Assembly (NCBI GenBank): GCA_964291315.2
Contig: OZ219753.1
Coordinates: forward strand, 2,784,001-2,848,000
DNA: 64,000 nucleotides
Reading direction: 5' to 3'
Origin: Candidatus Poribacteria bacterium
GTDB lineage: Bacteria; Poribacteria; WGA-4E; WGA-3G
Shown here: positions 48,151 through 58,815 of the stretch, one piece after another
Position numbering within the stretch: position 1 is the first letter of the stretch
How the letters are laid out: each line of letters starts with the position of its first letter
Made by a program: the position numbers and the translations under genes
Notes under the pieces: generated by a model
The model's database searches: none
What the model saw: only the letters and a program-made list of their open reading frames with translations
Told to the model about the DNA's origin: nothing

Positions 48151-50199
48151 TCAAGTGGCAAGAACCTGTGCGCTCCGGGCGGGTACATACAGTTGGATGG
48201 ATTGCCTATGTCCGTCTATGGGCATATCTTGCCATGGGTAATTGGTACCCTCTACGAGTGCTTGTCCGCCATAGGTTCTGTCGTCGGTATTCAAGATGAG
48301 GCGGTAATCTGCTTGTCGCGGTGCTGGAATGCGCCAATCGGTAACGGATGTGGTTGGATGCAAGTTGAATGCAAAGAGAAGTCCACTCCGTTCGTAGACG
48401 ATCAGTTTGGTGTCTTCGTGGATAGATAAGAGGTTAATCTTTTCATCGGCCAGGAGCTGGTGTTCTCTATCGAGGTGCTGCATTGCGCGGTCGAAGGCGT
48501 TGAGGTATTTGTATCGGAGCGTGTCATTGTCAACGAGGTGCCACTGTCTGCGTGCGTACCAATAAGAATTATGATTTCCAGCTCGTGGAAAGTCGATCCA
48601 TTCAGGGTGTCCGAATTCATTCCCGATAAAGTTGAGATATCCTTCTCCGCCCAAACTGAAGGTTAGGAGTCGGATGAGTTTGTGAAGAGCGATTCCTCTT
48701 GAAATTACGATGCTTGTTGTGCGAACACTCATGTTGGTGTAAAGTTCTGCGTCCATGAGTTGCATAGCGATCGTTTTATCGCCGACGATTGCTTGGTCGT
48801 GGCTTTCGACATAAGCGATATGTTTTTCGCCTGTTCTGCGGTTGCGCAGCATGCTGTAAATCTCGCCCATATGCCAGTTTTCGTCCTGTTTTTCCTTTAA
48901 TAGTTGGATCCAATAATCTGGAATTCCCATTGTGAGGCGGTAGTCGAAACCGAGTCCTCCTTCTTGGATAGGGCGTGCTAGCCCGGGCATGCCGCTCATG
49001 TCCTCGGCAATGGAAATCGCTGCGGGATTAACTGCGTGGAGGACCTCATTTGCGAGCATCAGGTAAGCGACTGCGTCCTGCTCGACTTCGTCACTGAAGT
49101 AATCGGTGTATCCTTTGAAGTGTCGTCCGAGTCCATGGTCGCTGTAAAGCATACTTGTGACGCCGTCGAACCTGAATCCGTCGAATCGATAGGTTTCCAG
49201 CCAATAGCGGATATTGCTGAGAAGAAAACGTTGCACTTCGTATTTACTATAATCAAAACATCGTGAGTCCCATGCGGTATGTTCGCCTTTATCGCCGGCG
49301 TGAAAATAGTGATGTGGTGTTCCATCAAAGTGGTTTAACCCTTCGTTGAGATTTTTGACAGCGTGGCTATGCACCAAGTCCATGATAACCAGTAGTCCGA
49401 TTCCGTGTGCTGTATCGACAAGTTCTTTTAGTTCTTCTGGTGTTCCGTATCGGCTTGAAACGGCGAAGAAGTTGCTCACGTGATACCCGAAGCTGGCATA
49501 ATAAGGGTGTTCCATCACTGGCATTAGTTGAACGGCATTGTAGCCTAGGTCGGCGATTCGGGGGAGTATGTTTTCTGTGAATTCAACGAATGTTCCGACT
49601 TTTTCGGCTTCCTGCGCTATGCCGACGTGTGCTTCGTAGATTCGCAATCCTTCCGTTTTGGCATTGAAACGGGGTGCTTGGTGTTTCCAGTGATATGGAT
49701 GCGGCGGTGCCCAGTATTGTCCTGTGAAATTGGTGCAGTCTTCCTGAATGACCCGTTGAATATAGGCGGGGAGTCGGTCGCGCGCACCGAGTGCAGAGAC
49801 GACGTGCACCTTGATTTTACTTCCGTGTATGAGTCGGTTGGCATATTTTCTGTCGGGTAGGAAGAGGTGCCAGATACCCCATTCGTCAACGGACATCGGG
49901 TTTGCGGTGCGATCCCAACCGTTAAAATCCCCGATCAGCGAAAGTGCTTGAGCGTTGGGTGCCCACTCTCGGTACCAGATTCCTGTTTCTCCGTTGTTTT
50001 CTCCAGAGTTGAGACCGAAGTAACGATGCCCTTGGCTTATTTTACCTAATAGGCCTTCTGTGTTTTCGATCTCGGTTTTGAAACGTTGGTAGTGCGCGAA
50101 CCGTTGGCGGAGTTGAGCGGTATACGGTTTTAGGAGCGGATCTTGTTGGATGAGTGCAGTGTGGTCTAGCTCTCTGATTTTTGGCGGTTGCTTTCCCAT
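48151..50199 (-). CDS. glgB: 1,4-alpha-glucan branching enzyme (GH13_8-like)
   Basis: YREWAP, IYEAHVG, EHPYYASFGYHV, FDGFRFDGVTSM, IAEDMSG, YVESHDQ, GNEFGHPEWIDFPR. Confidence 0.95.
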   Translation of the reverse strand: MGKQPPKIRELDHTALIQQDPLLKPYTAQLRQRFAHYQRFKTEIENTEGLLGKISQGHRYFGLNSGENNGETGIWYREWAPNAQALSLIGDFNGWDRTANPMSVDEWGIWHLFLPDRKYANRLIHGSKIKVHVVSALGARDRLPAYIQRVIQEDCTNFTGQYWAPPHPYHWKHQAPRFNAKTEGLRIYEAHVGIAQEAEKVGTFVEFTENILPRIADLGYNAVQLMPVMEHPYYASFGYHVSNFFAVSSRYGTPEELKELVDTAHGIGLLVIMDLVHSHAVKNLNEGLNHFDGTPHHYFHAGDKGEHTAWDSRCFDYSKYEVQRFLLSNIRYWLETYRFDGFRFDGVTSMLYSDHGLGRHFKGYTDYFSDEVEQDAVAYLMLANEVLHAVNPAAISIAEDMSGMPGLARPIQEGGLGFDYRLTMGIPDYWIQLLKEKQDENWHMGEIYSMLRNRRTGEKHIAYVESHDQAIVGDKTIAMQLMDAELYTNMSVRTTSIVISRGIALHKLIRLLTFSLGGEGYLNFIGNEFGHPEWIDFPRAGNHNSYWYARRQWHLVDNDTLRYKYLNAFDRAMQHLDREHQLLADEKINLLSIHEDTKLIVYERSGLLFAFNLHPTTSVTDWRIPAPRQADYRLILNTDDRTYGGQALVEGTNYPWQDMPIDGHRQSIQLYVPARSAQVLAT

Positions 50200-50261
50200 A
50201 ATGTATCAGTTTAGCATAAGAGGGCTTGCAATTCAAGTGGTTGGTGCGTTAAGATAGATAT

Positions 50262-51326
50262 ATGGAAACACGTTTCTATCGGTTAACGGTCCCTCTCATC
50301 TTCATTGTGCTGCTGGTACTCCGCGCTTCCGACGTTAAAGCGGTTGCGGGCTCCTTTGAAATTCAGGTATTTGACGGATCAACAGAAGTGATGCAACCGT
50401 ATACGCTGATTTCTGGGAAACGGTACCGGCTTCAGGCGGTCTCTCGGGATAAAAAAGTGCTGTCGGCACGGTGGTTTCTGTCAGGAAATTTAGGCAGCGT
50501 TACAACAGGTGTACGGCCGATGCTAACAGCGGTTTTGGTGGGCGATGGTAGTCTTATCTGCCGTGTGGCAGGTATAGAGCAGCGTGTGGGTTTGAGGGTT
50601 GTGCCTAAGACAGAAACAATAGGAGAGAGTGGTGGGAGGCTCCAAAGTCCGACGGGTGTAACGCTAGAGCTGCCTAAGGGTGCTCTCGATATTGAAAGGG
50701 AAATAGGGGTGGAAATTGTGGCATCCCCCGGGCCTTCGCCGCCGTTGTATCGAGTTGTGCGTGTTATTCAGATATCGCCGCGAGGTTTGGTGTTAAAACA
50801 ACCGGCAGAATTGACATTTCTGTTTGGCCGCGCTGGATTTGTAGGTGTGAAGCCGCAGCTCTATTTTTGGGAGGCGTTTCGGGAAAGGTGGGTACCTTTG
50901 CAAGGTCGTCGGGACGTGTCTCGAGGCGTGGTTACGTCTTCTATTAACCACTTCGGGATCTATACTTTGATGGCATCCGGGCGTGAAGATTTGAAATTGG
51001 GCGGGCAGCTGCAGATTCAGGATATAAAGCTCTCGCCGCGTCTGTTTTTTGGACTGGATAGGCATCGGTTAACGATAACCTATCGCCTCAGGGCTCCAGA
51101 TCCCGCGCAGATATTTGTGAGTATGGACATCTTTGATCTGCGGGGCAGACGGGTGCGCCGGTTGCTTGAAGAGGTGCTGCACTATGTGGGTTCGAACGCT
51201 GCGCAATGGGATGGATTGACGGATGATGGCAGGCTTGTCCGAAATGGGCGCTATTTACTTGTCATTCGAGCGAGAACGGGTGTACAGCGAGCGGTGGGTC
51301 GGAAACTAATTATAGTTTTTAAGTGA
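50262..51326 (+). CDS. Secreted protein with a ZU5-like domain and a C-terminal FlgD-Ig domain
   Basis: IGESGG...LELPKGAL...INHFGIY; IFDLRGRRVR...WDGLTDDG..VRNGRY. Confidence 0.7.
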   Translation: METRFYRLTVPLIFIVLLVLRASDVKAVAGSFEIQVFDGSTEVMQPYTLISGKRYRLQAVSRDKKVLSARWFLSGNLGSVTTGVRPMLTAVLVGDGSLICRVAGIEQRVGLRVVPKTETIGESGGRLQSPTGVTLELPKGALDIEREIGVEIVASPGPSPPLYRVVRVIQISPRGLVLKQPAELTFLFGRAGFVGVKPQLYFWEAFRERWVPLQGRRDVSRGVVTSSINHFGIYTLMASGREDLKLGGQLQIQDIKLSPRLFFGLDRHRLTITYRLRAPDPAQIFVSMDIFDLRGRRVRRLLEEVLHYVGSNAAQWDGLTDDGRLVRNGRYLLVIRARTGVQRAVGRKLIIVFK

Positions 51327-51353
51327 ATGGCTTTAGACTCTCGAAAAAGAGAC

Positions 51354-51382
51354 TTGACACCATCTGTTTAAAATGATAAATT
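51354..51382 (+). promoter_or_regulatory. Sigma70-type promoter
   Basis: TTGACA, 17-nt spacer (TG extension), TAAATT. Confidence 0.45.
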
Positions 51383-51436
51383 GACTTTCAAACGAAGAAA
51401 TCTTTTTAGTTTTTTAAAGAGAGAGAAGGGAACAAC

Positions 51437-52543
51437 ATGGCATCACAAAATGAACTGCGATCACTGCTAAGAGCGCCCATCGCTTTAGCGCCGAATACCT
51501 ATTTGCATTTCTATAATGGTGGGAGGCTTCGTGCCGAGTTTATGGGTGAACCGGATCCGAAAGATGACTACTACTCTGAGGAATGGATCTTTTCCACGAA
51601 CCGAGCGATTACGCCGGGGAGAGATAACCCGCCTGACAAGGGTTTCAGCCGTATAGAACTTCCGAGTGGTGAGGTTGTTTTATTGAAGTCCCTGTTAGAT
51701 GCGTTTCCAGAGGAGACGCTTGGTGGCTCGCATGTTTCCAAGTACGGCACGGATCTCGGGGTGCTGCTCAAGATTTTTGATGTGGGTGAGGGTGCGCATA
51801 TCCCTATCCATTGGCACCCGGATCCTGATTTTTCGAAGGAGCATCTGAATTCACCTTTTGGGAAAAATGAGGCGTGGATTTTGATCGGCACACGGCCGGG
51901 GGCGAAAGCCTGGATAGGTTGGAAGGAAGCGATGAACAAAAGAGAATTTCGCCGTCTGATGGAGGCGCAAGATGTGTCGACTCTGCGGAGCCTCATGCAT
52001 GTTGTCGAGCCGAAGGTTGGAGAAGTCTATTTTCTACGCACGCCAATTGTCCACTCGCTCGGGACGGGGCTCTGTGTGCTTGAGCCTCAGGAACCTACTG
52101 ATTGGAATATACTTGCAGAATGGGAAGGTTTCCCGTTTGAAAGAGAAGATGGGCATCTGGGTCTGGGATGGGATCTAGCAGTCGATGCCGCTGAGTTTGA
52201 TAAATTGGAACTTGAGTATTTGAACAACTATATCCGGCGGAGTCCGGAGCTGGTTCGGGCGGAAGGCGACAACCGTGAGGATCGGATTGTGCCAGCGGAA
52301 GCGTTGCAATTCTTTGGATGCTCACGTCTGACGGTGAATTCGACACTGAGCATGCCGGCAGATAAAGGTTTCTACGCCCTCGTGACATTGGGCGGTGAAG
52401 GGGTGCTGCGCGGCGATTTTGAAGATGTGCTGCTCAAGCGCGGCAAATCTGCATTTATTCCGCGGTGCTTGTCTAGTTATGTGATTGTCAACACGGGTGA
52501 TACGCCGATGGAAATTATCTGTTGCTATCCGCCGAGTGTTTGA
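51437..52543 (+). CDS. Class I mannose-6-phosphate isomerase-like cupin
   Basis: EEWI, LLKIFD, IHWHP, GKNEAW, VHSLG, EPQEPTD. Confidence 0.82.
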   Translation: MASQNELRSLLRAPIALAPNTYLHFYNGGRLRAEFMGEPDPKDDYYSEEWIFSTNRAITPGRDNPPDKGFSRIELPSGEVVLLKSLLDAFPEETLGGSHVSKYGTDLGVLLKIFDVGEGAHIPIHWHPDPDFSKEHLNSPFGKNEAWILIGTRPGAKAWIGWKEAMNKREFRRLMEAQDVSTLRSLMHVVEPKVGEVYFLRTPIVHSLGTGLCVLEPQEPTDWNILAEWEGFPFEREDGHLGLGWDLAVDAAEFDKLELEYLNNYIRRSPELVRAEGDNREDRIVPAEALQFFGCSRLTVNSTLSMPADKGFYALVTLGGEGVLRGDFEDVLLKRGKSAFIPRCLSSYVIVNTGDTPMEIICCYPPSV

Positions 52544-52762
52544 GTAAGGTTCTATGAGAACCGTATACCTTGTTGTATGTACAACCTATAAGAGAGAAAA
52601 AAGAAAAATGGTGGAGTCGATAACCTGCGAGCTTGAAGAAACAGCAGTTCGGGGTTTGGTTAGCGGTATATTCTAGTTGTGCTCTGCCTGAGCGGCGCGG
52701 TGAATGAAGGGTGGGACGGCATTCCTGCTGAGCAAAGCTGCGCCTATAATTTGGAGGAAAAC

Positions 52763-53677
52763 ATGGCAAAAAAATTGTCCATTGGAAGTTGGGCTTATAC
52801 GCTCGGCCCTTATGAAGATAATCCTGTGCCGTTTGACTGTGTCGTCAAAGGTCTCAGCGATCTTGAATTTGACGGCATTGAAATCGGTGCGTTTAAACCG
52901 CACATTGATATTAACGACTATCCGATGAAAAGCGATCGGGATGCTGTCAAAGGTTTAATCGCGTATTATGGTTTGGAGGTTTCCGGGCTGGCGGCGGATT
53001 TCTGGTCGCATCCCGGGCCTGCTACGGATGAAGCACAGGAAGGGGATAGATATTACAACCTCTTCAAAGAGAGTCTCCAGCTTGCGCTTGATCTCGGTTC
53101 GCCCTCGATTCGCGTGGATACAGTGACTGATGCTGAGGAAGAAATTCCGGGCGTGAGTCGGCAGGAGGCGTGGGATAGGATTGCTGCTGTCTGGAAACGC
53201 TGTGCACAGGTTGCTGAAGACCATGGTGTGTTGATGCTGTGGGAATTTGAACCTGGGTTTCTGTTCAACAAACCCAGCGATATTATTAATATGCCGAAGG
53301 CTGTAGATCATCCGAATTTCAAGGTGATGTTTGATACGTGCCATGCGCAGATGTGCGCTGTTGTCGGTTCTCGGCAAGTGGGTGAACAGGAAACGCTTGG
53401 TGATAACGGTGTGATAGAGCTTGCTCGTCAGCTGAAGGGGCAAATCGGTCACTTCCATCTGATTGATTCTGACAATACGCTCCACGACGACCATACCAGC
53501 ACGCATGCGCCTTTCGGCGACGGTGTGCTCGACTTCGACGCGATTGTTCCGGTTATCATGGACGAGACCGGCTACGATGGCGATTGGTTCTCCATTGATC
53601 TCTGTTTTTGGCCCAACGCTTGGGACGTTACAGAGGCCGCGAAGAAATTCCTGACCCCCTATTTGGAAAGGTATTAG
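52763..53677 (+). CDS. Sugar phosphate isomerase/epimerase
   Basis: SIGSWAY, FDGIE, IRVDT, WEFEPGF, FDTCHA, HLIDSD; GGAGG RBS. Confidence 0.9.
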   Translation: MAKKLSIGSWAYTLGPYEDNPVPFDCVVKGLSDLEFDGIEIGAFKPHIDINDYPMKSDRDAVKGLIAYYGLEVSGLAADFWSHPGPATDEAQEGDRYYNLFKESLQLALDLGSPSIRVDTVTDAEEEIPGVSRQEAWDRIAAVWKRCAQVAEDHGVLMLWEFEPGFLFNKPSDIINMPKAVDHPNFKVMFDTCHAQMCAVVGSRQVGEQETLGDNGVIELARQLKGQIGHFHLIDSDNTLHDDHTSTHAPFGDGVLDFDAIVPVIMDETGYDGDWFSIDLCFWPNAWDVTEAAKKFLTPYLERY

Positions 53678-53688
53678 CGGGTGAAATA

Positions 53689-53800
53689 GCAATCAGCTGT
53701 CAGCAAGGAGGCAGTTCAGTAGCGATCCGATCCAACTTTGAATATTCTAAGAGACCGCGAATTGTGCTACAAGAACCGCTCTTAACTGACAGCTGATAGC
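53689..53800. mobile_element. 112-bp MITE-like intergenic element
   Basis: Terminal inverted repeats GCAATCAGCTGTCAG / CTGACAGCTGATAGC (14/15 match); no coding capacity. Confidence 0.5.
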
Positions 53801-53811
53801 GAGTAAAAGAG

Positions 53812-54690
53812 ATGCTTAACTTGCGTTCACTGGATTCCCTAATTGATTTGGCGTTTGAGGAAGACATCGGCAGTGGCGACATAACGACAGAGGCAACGGT
53901 GTCGGCTGTGCAGGAAGGTATGGGAGCGCTACTTGCGAAGAGTGCCGGTGTTGTTGCAGGATTGCCGGTGGCTGAGCGAGTCTTCGCGAGATTGGATTCG
54001 GCGTTGAAATTTCGCTCATGCGTCAGTGATGGGGATTCGGTAAATGCGGGCACCGTGATTGCGGAAGTAAAAGGCAGCGCTAAAAGTATTCTGATCGGTG
54101 AGCGGACTGCGCTTAATTTTCTACAACGGCTTTCAGGGATAGCGACGCTCACAGCACGTTTTGTGGAAGCAGTGGCTGACTATGATACTAAGATAGTGGA
54201 CACTCGGAAGACGGCGGCTGGCTGGCGCGTTGTTGAAAAATATGCTGTCCGTGTTGGTGGCGGTTCCAACCACCGGTTTGGTCTTTACGATGGGGTGCTC
54301 ATCAAGGATAATCACATTGTTGCTGCGGGCGGCGTTCACAACGCCGTGCGGCGTGCGCGGGAAACTGCGCCGCATACAGCGAAAATAGAGGTCGAAGTTG
54401 AGACAGTTGAACAGGTAGACAAAGCTCTTCGAGCGGGTGCGGACATTTTGCTGCTTGACAATATGCCTGCGAGTCTCATACGAGGTGTTGTTCAAGAGGT
54501 GGGCGATCAGGCGATGACTGAGGCGTCGGGTGGCATTACGCTTGAAGGCGTACAGGCTGTCGCAGCGACAGGCGTGGCTCTGATTTCTGTTGGTGCGCTA
54601 ACGCACTCGGCAATGCCGATGGATATTAGTCTAACTTTGACGCTCGTTGAAGCGTGCCGCAAGGTCTCGGATAAGAAACGACGTACATGA
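53812..54690 (+). CDS. nadC: Carboxylating nicotinate-nucleotide diphosphorylase
   Basis: [45 protein letters not shown]. Confidence 0.97.
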   Translation: MLNLRSLDSLIDLAFEEDIGSGDITTEATVSAVQEGMGALLAKSAGVVAGLPVAERVFARLDSALKFRSCVSDGDSVNAGTVIAEVKGSAKSILIGERTALNFLQRLSGIATLTARFVEAVADYDTKIVDTRKTAAGWRVVEKYAVRVGGGSNHRFGLYDGVLIKDNHIVAAGGVHNAVRRARETAPHTAKIEVEVETVEQVDKALRAGADILLLDNMPASLIRGVVQEVGDQAMTEASGGITLEGVQAVAATGVALISVGALTHSAMPMDISLTLTLVEACRKVSDKKRRT

Positions 54691-54713
54691 AAACTACGTG
54701 TGAAAGGAAGATT

Positions 54714-55634
54714 ATGGCAACCACTGCATTTAAGAAAATTGAGCCTACGACGACAAAACTGGGTTGGATTGGCACTGGCGTAATGGGTCGTTGGATGTGT
54801 CAACATCTCATGGATTTAGGATATGGGATGACGTTGTATAACCGGACGCGGGCGAAAGCGGATCCGCTTCTGGCGGCAGGTGCGACGTGGGCAGATTCGC
54901 CGAAAGATGTTGCTGCGGTTTCGGATATTGTGTTCACAATTGTCGGATTTCCGCCTGATGTTCGAGAGGTGTATCTTGGAGATAATAGCATCTTGAAAGG
55001 GGCAAAACCCGGAAGCATCATCGTTGATATGACGACTACGGAGCCCTCTCTCGCTCAGGAAATTTACGCGGCAGCAGAGACACAGGGTGTTGCATCGGTA
55101 GATGCTCCGGTGTCGGGAGGTGATGTGGGTGCTCGGGAGGCGCGCCTCTCGATCATGGTTGGTGGAGACGAGGCTGCTGTACAAGCGGTGATGCCTCTCT
55201 TTACAGCGATGGGTAAAAATATTGTCTACCAAGGCGGTGCGGGCGCGGGACAGCACACTAAGATGTGTAACCAAATTACGATTTCGGGGACAATGATCGG
55301 GGTGTGTGAAGGGTTGATTTACGGTCATAAAGCGGGTCTAGATCTTGAGACGATGCTGTCATCAATTAGCGGGGGAGCTGCCGCCTGTTGGTCTTTGGAT
55401 AACTTGGCGCCCCGGGTTCTACAACGGAATTTTGATCCCGGTTTCTTTGTAGAGCATTTCATCAAAGATATGAGCATCGCTCTGGATGAATCTCGGAAAA
55501 TGAACCTCAGCCTACCGGGATTGGCGTTGGTGCATCAACTTTACACGGCCGTACAAGCACAAGGACACGGCAGGTTGGGTACACAAGCGCTGATGTTGGC
55601 GCTGGAACAGATGTCGGGCGTGGAAACGGACTAA
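54714..55634 (+). CDS. NAD(P)-dependent oxidoreductase, 3-hydroxyisobutyrate / 2-hydroxy-3-oxopropionate reductase family
   Basis: [31 protein letters not shown]. Confidence 0.92.
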   Translation: MATTAFKKIEPTTTKLGWIGTGVMGRWMCQHLMDLGYGMTLYNRTRAKADPLLAAGATWADSPKDVAAVSDIVFTIVGFPPDVREVYLGDNSILKGAKPGSIIVDMTTTEPSLAQEIYAAAETQGVASVDAPVSGGDVGAREARLSIMVGGDEAAVQAVMPLFTAMGKNIVYQGGAGAGQHTKMCNQITISGTMIGVCEGLIYGHKAGLDLETMLSSISGGAAACWSLDNLAPRVLQRNFDPGFFVEHFIKDMSIALDESRKMNLSLPGLALVHQLYTAVQAQGHGRLGTQALMLALEQMSGVETD

Positions 55635-55874
55635 CCTGCTATCTGATGTTATCGCGTACTCGCCTCCTTGTTGCATTCATAGAGGAGATACTCCTATAGG
55701 CCCAGAGGTTCACAGAGAGCCTCCATTAACAGAGCTAAGATATCTCTTGTTGCAACTGCATGGAGCGGGAATACCTCACAGGCTCTATTAGACATAAGCG
55801 TGTCGGAGATAAAAGCAGTTAGAAAGCGCAAGGCCTGTATGTAAGAAGGAAACAGGCAGCGGCTGCGGTTAAAA

Positions 55875-55912
55875 ACGTTGGGGGGTGGAACGCCCGTTCC
55901 ACCCCCCAACGT
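55875..55912. terminator. 18-bp perfect GC-rich inverted repeat, terminator of the lamin-tail genes
   Basis: ACGTTGGGGGGTGGAACG-CC-CGTTCCACCCCCCAACGT; A run on the plus strand gives a U tail on the minus transcript. Confidence 0.8.
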
Positions 55913-55964
55913 CTTATTAGTTGATTTGTAAGGTTAGCTTGTCTATTTCTAACCACCGTGTCTG

Positions 55965-58727
55965 CTATTTGTCAGACGATTTTAACTCTCCCCACCGCGT
56001 TGTGAGTTTGCCACTCGCAGAGACATCCCCACGCAGATGCGTCGTCCGGAGCGTCGTACGCACCCCGTCCATAGAGACGTCTTCTATCTGGTAGTAATAC
56101 ACCACGTTGGGTTTCGCAGTGGTATCTGTGTAGGTATAGACGTGCTTCTCGGAGGTCGTGCCGTGCCCCGCAATCAGACCCTCGGCGTTGATAGCCTTGA
56201 ACTCGCCCGTCTTGCTCTCGCTGCGCAGGATATTGAACCCGGCGTTGTTGAGCTCGGACTGCGTTACCCAGCTAATCTCAACGTGTCCTGTCGAGACGTT
56301 GCGCACCGGGCGGAAACTTGAGAGTGAGACGGGTAGCGGTCCGCCGAGACGGTAGCCGGGGGTGCCGATATCGCTTCGCTGCCCGTAGAAGGTGAGCGAG
56401 GCACCTGCCAGATCCGAGTGTCGCCAAGAGGCTTCCATCGTGCCATTATCTGCATTGTGCGGTCCAGAACCCTCTGTCATGTCGTTGAACACACCGCCAT
56501 AGACCCGCACAATAGAGGTACGCAGCTCACCGCTTCCGGGCAGATCCCACATCTTCGTGCGTGAAGTGCCGTCTACCTCAAGGTTGCCGGCTGCGTCCAT
56601 AAGCATCGGATCGCCACCGCTGACCTTCGCCCGCAGCTCCAAATAGAAACCTTCCGCATTCAGCAGCTGCCGACCAGACGTTGTCAACCTGAGATCGCTG
56701 CGGTGCTTCTCCAACAAGTTGTAGACATAGTTATCCGCAACATCGTTCGCAGCGCTGCTTGAGACGAGCAGCAGCGTCTGATTCGGCGGGATATACGCCC
56801 CTGCCTTAAAGGTGAGGGTTGCGTCGACATACAAGCTGCCTGCCTGGTTGCGGATATCTAACTCCCACCCTTCAAGGTTCACCGTATCGGTCATAGAGCT
56901 GTTGTAGAGCTCTATCCACTGCACCAAGTTCGAGCGCGGACCCGCATCATACATAATCTCGCTGATGCTCACTTTGCCATCAAACGTGTAGTCGCCCTCG
57001 GAGACGTTGTTCACCGCCATGTTCGGATACCCCGGCGTGCCGGGGGAGGTCGCTGTGTCAAGAGATTTGTCTTTGCCGCGGTCGTAGCCAGTGCCGATGA
57101 ACCCGAACGACTGCCAGTCGTCTTTGTGGACGCGGTTCGCACGAGACTTCGCGCCGTACATGCCCTGCGAATTGATCTGCACACCCCGACCGAACGACAT
57201 ACTTGTAGAGGCGAAGGTATTCATGCTACCGAAGTCCTCAACGTCTCCCGGGGACATCCATCCCACGAACGGCCAGACATCTGTATTGAACTTCCTATCT
57301 TCCATCCGTGTAAAGAAACCGTTGCCCGCATAGTCTATGACATTATCCGCCGTTTTCAGCTTATCTTTTGCGTTGCGCAGCAGGATCAGGAACTTGCCTT
57401 CAGCGGGAAGTTTTAGGTCTTCCGCAACCACATACTTGTGCGTGGCACCCGTGTTGACATCCGATTCGTCCAAGAGGCTCTGAAGGTTCGTACCCCCAGC
57501 GAACTTAATACTTCGCCCCGGGTCTCGGTTGTAGACCACTAGATACTCGCCCGGCTTCATACTGTATTTCGGCAGCACCGCGAGGCTGGTGTCCGTGAAG
57601 TTGGCATCCCCGGACTGGTGATACCCGCTACCGTCCGTCATCATCTTGCCCATCACCAGGCTTAGCTGATAGTTTTCTATATTCACGGAGGCATCCGAGG
57701 CACTATCGCTATTATAGAACAGCTCTATCCAGTCCAAGTTCTCATCTGAAGAGTCGTTTCGCACCTCGTTGATGATAATACCGGTAGGTGAGATAGCCGC
57801 AGGTTTCATATCAAACTTGACGACAGAGGGACCGCCCACAGGCACGTGAACGCTGCCTGGGGACCCGATGTACTGACCCTCGATGTTAATCGAGCCGACG
57901 GAAGCCTCCCAGGACCCGGGGTCATCGCCCTCTCCGAGTCCCTTCAGTTTTCCGTTTTCATAGGCATACGCCTTGCCTGTGGCATCCAGTTCGATCTTCC
58001 GATACATAGAGACCATGGGTGTGGGAGCTATGCCCTTCTCTGTGTTGCCGTCGGTATCGCCGTTGCTGCCTTTCAGCTGCCACTTCCGCCCAAAACGATC
58101 GACCGTGTGTACACGATCCAGAACGACATACTTTTTCAGGACGCCACTTTCAGTAACCTCAAACATCTCCCCTGCGCGATACGCTAGACGGTCAGGAAAA
58201 TATCTAGTATTGTGCATGCCGATGCCATCGTTCTTTTTCATAGCGCCTTGGCTGTAGAATTCAATCCACTGCGGATTATCTGCGGTATAGGCTCTTGAAG
58301 GGTTATCTTCTCCCCACATTATTTCGGTGATAACGATTTGGTGCTTGAGCTTCATCGCCTCCTCCGCTGTCGGATTAGGTTTCAAGGTATACTCATTGCC
58401 CTCGGTATCAAACTGAGCTTGTGTTGGCGCTCGCACTGTAATGATAATCCCATGACCGCCTTCGAGTCTATTCCGTAGGTCACCGAAAGGTTGGCTATAA
58501 TTGTTGGCCGTTGTGCCGTTTAACTTCCCTGTTGCTGCGTCCGTGATGCCGTTATTAGCAGAGACCGTTGGATCCGCGGTAGATTTCGCCCAGATAAAAA
58601 ACGTTTTGGCTTTAAGGAGGTGGGTTTGGGTACCTCCCGTCACAATGTTAAGCGCGGAAGCCTGGGGTGTTGCGAAGAGACACACAAGCCCTAATACTAC
58701 CAAAACTCTCATTTTATTCCATAACAT
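55965..58727 (-). CDS. Large secreted lamin-tail-domain protein (paralog A)
   Basis: Signal peptide; three LTD-like units (ITEIMW/INEV/ISEIMY...WIELY...SPG); PLPVSLSSF domain; ends GKLTTRWGELK. Confidence 0.85.
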   Translation of the reverse strand: MLWNKMRVLVVLGLVCLFATPQASALNIVTGGTQTHLLKAKTFFIWAKSTADPTVSANNGITDAATGKLNGTTANNYSQPFGDLRNRLEGGHGIIITVRAPTQAQFDTEGNEYTLKPNPTAEEAMKLKHQIVITEIMWGEDNPSRAYTADNPQWIEFYSQGAMKKNDGIGMHNTRYFPDRLAYRAGEMFEVTESGVLKKYVVLDRVHTVDRFGRKWQLKGSNGDTDGNTEKGIAPTPMVSMYRKIELDATGKAYAYENGKLKGLGEGDDPGSWEASVGSINIEGQYIGSPGSVHVPVGGPSVVKFDMKPAAISPTGIIINEVRNDSSDENLDWIELFYNSDSASDASVNIENYQLSLVMGKMMTDGSGYHQSGDANFTDTSLAVLPKYSMKPGEYLVVYNRDPGRSIKFAGGTNLQSLLDESDVNTGATHKYVVAEDLKLPAEGKFLILLRNAKDKLKTADNVIDYAGNGFFTRMEDRKFNTDVWPFVGWMSPGDVEDFGSMNTFASTSMSFGRGVQINSQGMYGAKSRANRVHKDDWQSFGFIGTGYDRGKDKSLDTATSPGTPGYPNMAVNNVSEGDYTFDGKVSISEIMYDAGPRSNLVQWIELYNSSMTDTVNLEGWELDIRNQAGSLYVDATLTFKAGAYIPPNQTLLLVSSSAANDVADNYVYNLLEKHRSDLRLTTSGRQLLNAEGFYLELRAKVSGGDPMLMDAAGNLEVDGTSRTKMWDLPGSGELRTSIVRVYGGVFNDMTEGSGPHNADNGTMEASWRHSDLAGASLTFYGQRSDIGTPGYRLGGPLPVSLSSFRPVRNVSTGHVEISWVTQSELNNAGFNILRSESKTGEFKAINAEGLIAGHGTTSEKHVYTYTDTTAKPNVVYYYQIEDVSMDGVRTTLRTTHLRGDVSASGKLTTRWGELKSSDK

Positions 58728-58757
58728 TATTTTTGTTCTCCTCTGTTATTGGTGATG

Positions 58758-58797
58758 CAAGCTTGACACATATTCGCATAAATATGTATCAAGCTTG
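58758..58797. other. Intergenic 17-bp near-perfect inverted repeat between the lamin-tail paralogs
   Basis: CAAGCTTGACACATATT / AATATGTATCAAGCTTG (16/17 match). Confidence 0.7.
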
Positions 58798-58815
58798 TGT
58801 TATATGTTGTGTCTG

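Noticed and set aside
52955-53692. 245-aa minus-strand ORF
   Set aside because: It is antisense to a well-supported isomerase gene and has no recognisable motifs.
55635-55870. ncRNA or small ORF in the intergenic gap
   Set aside because: No recognisable RNA family, RBS or coding signal.
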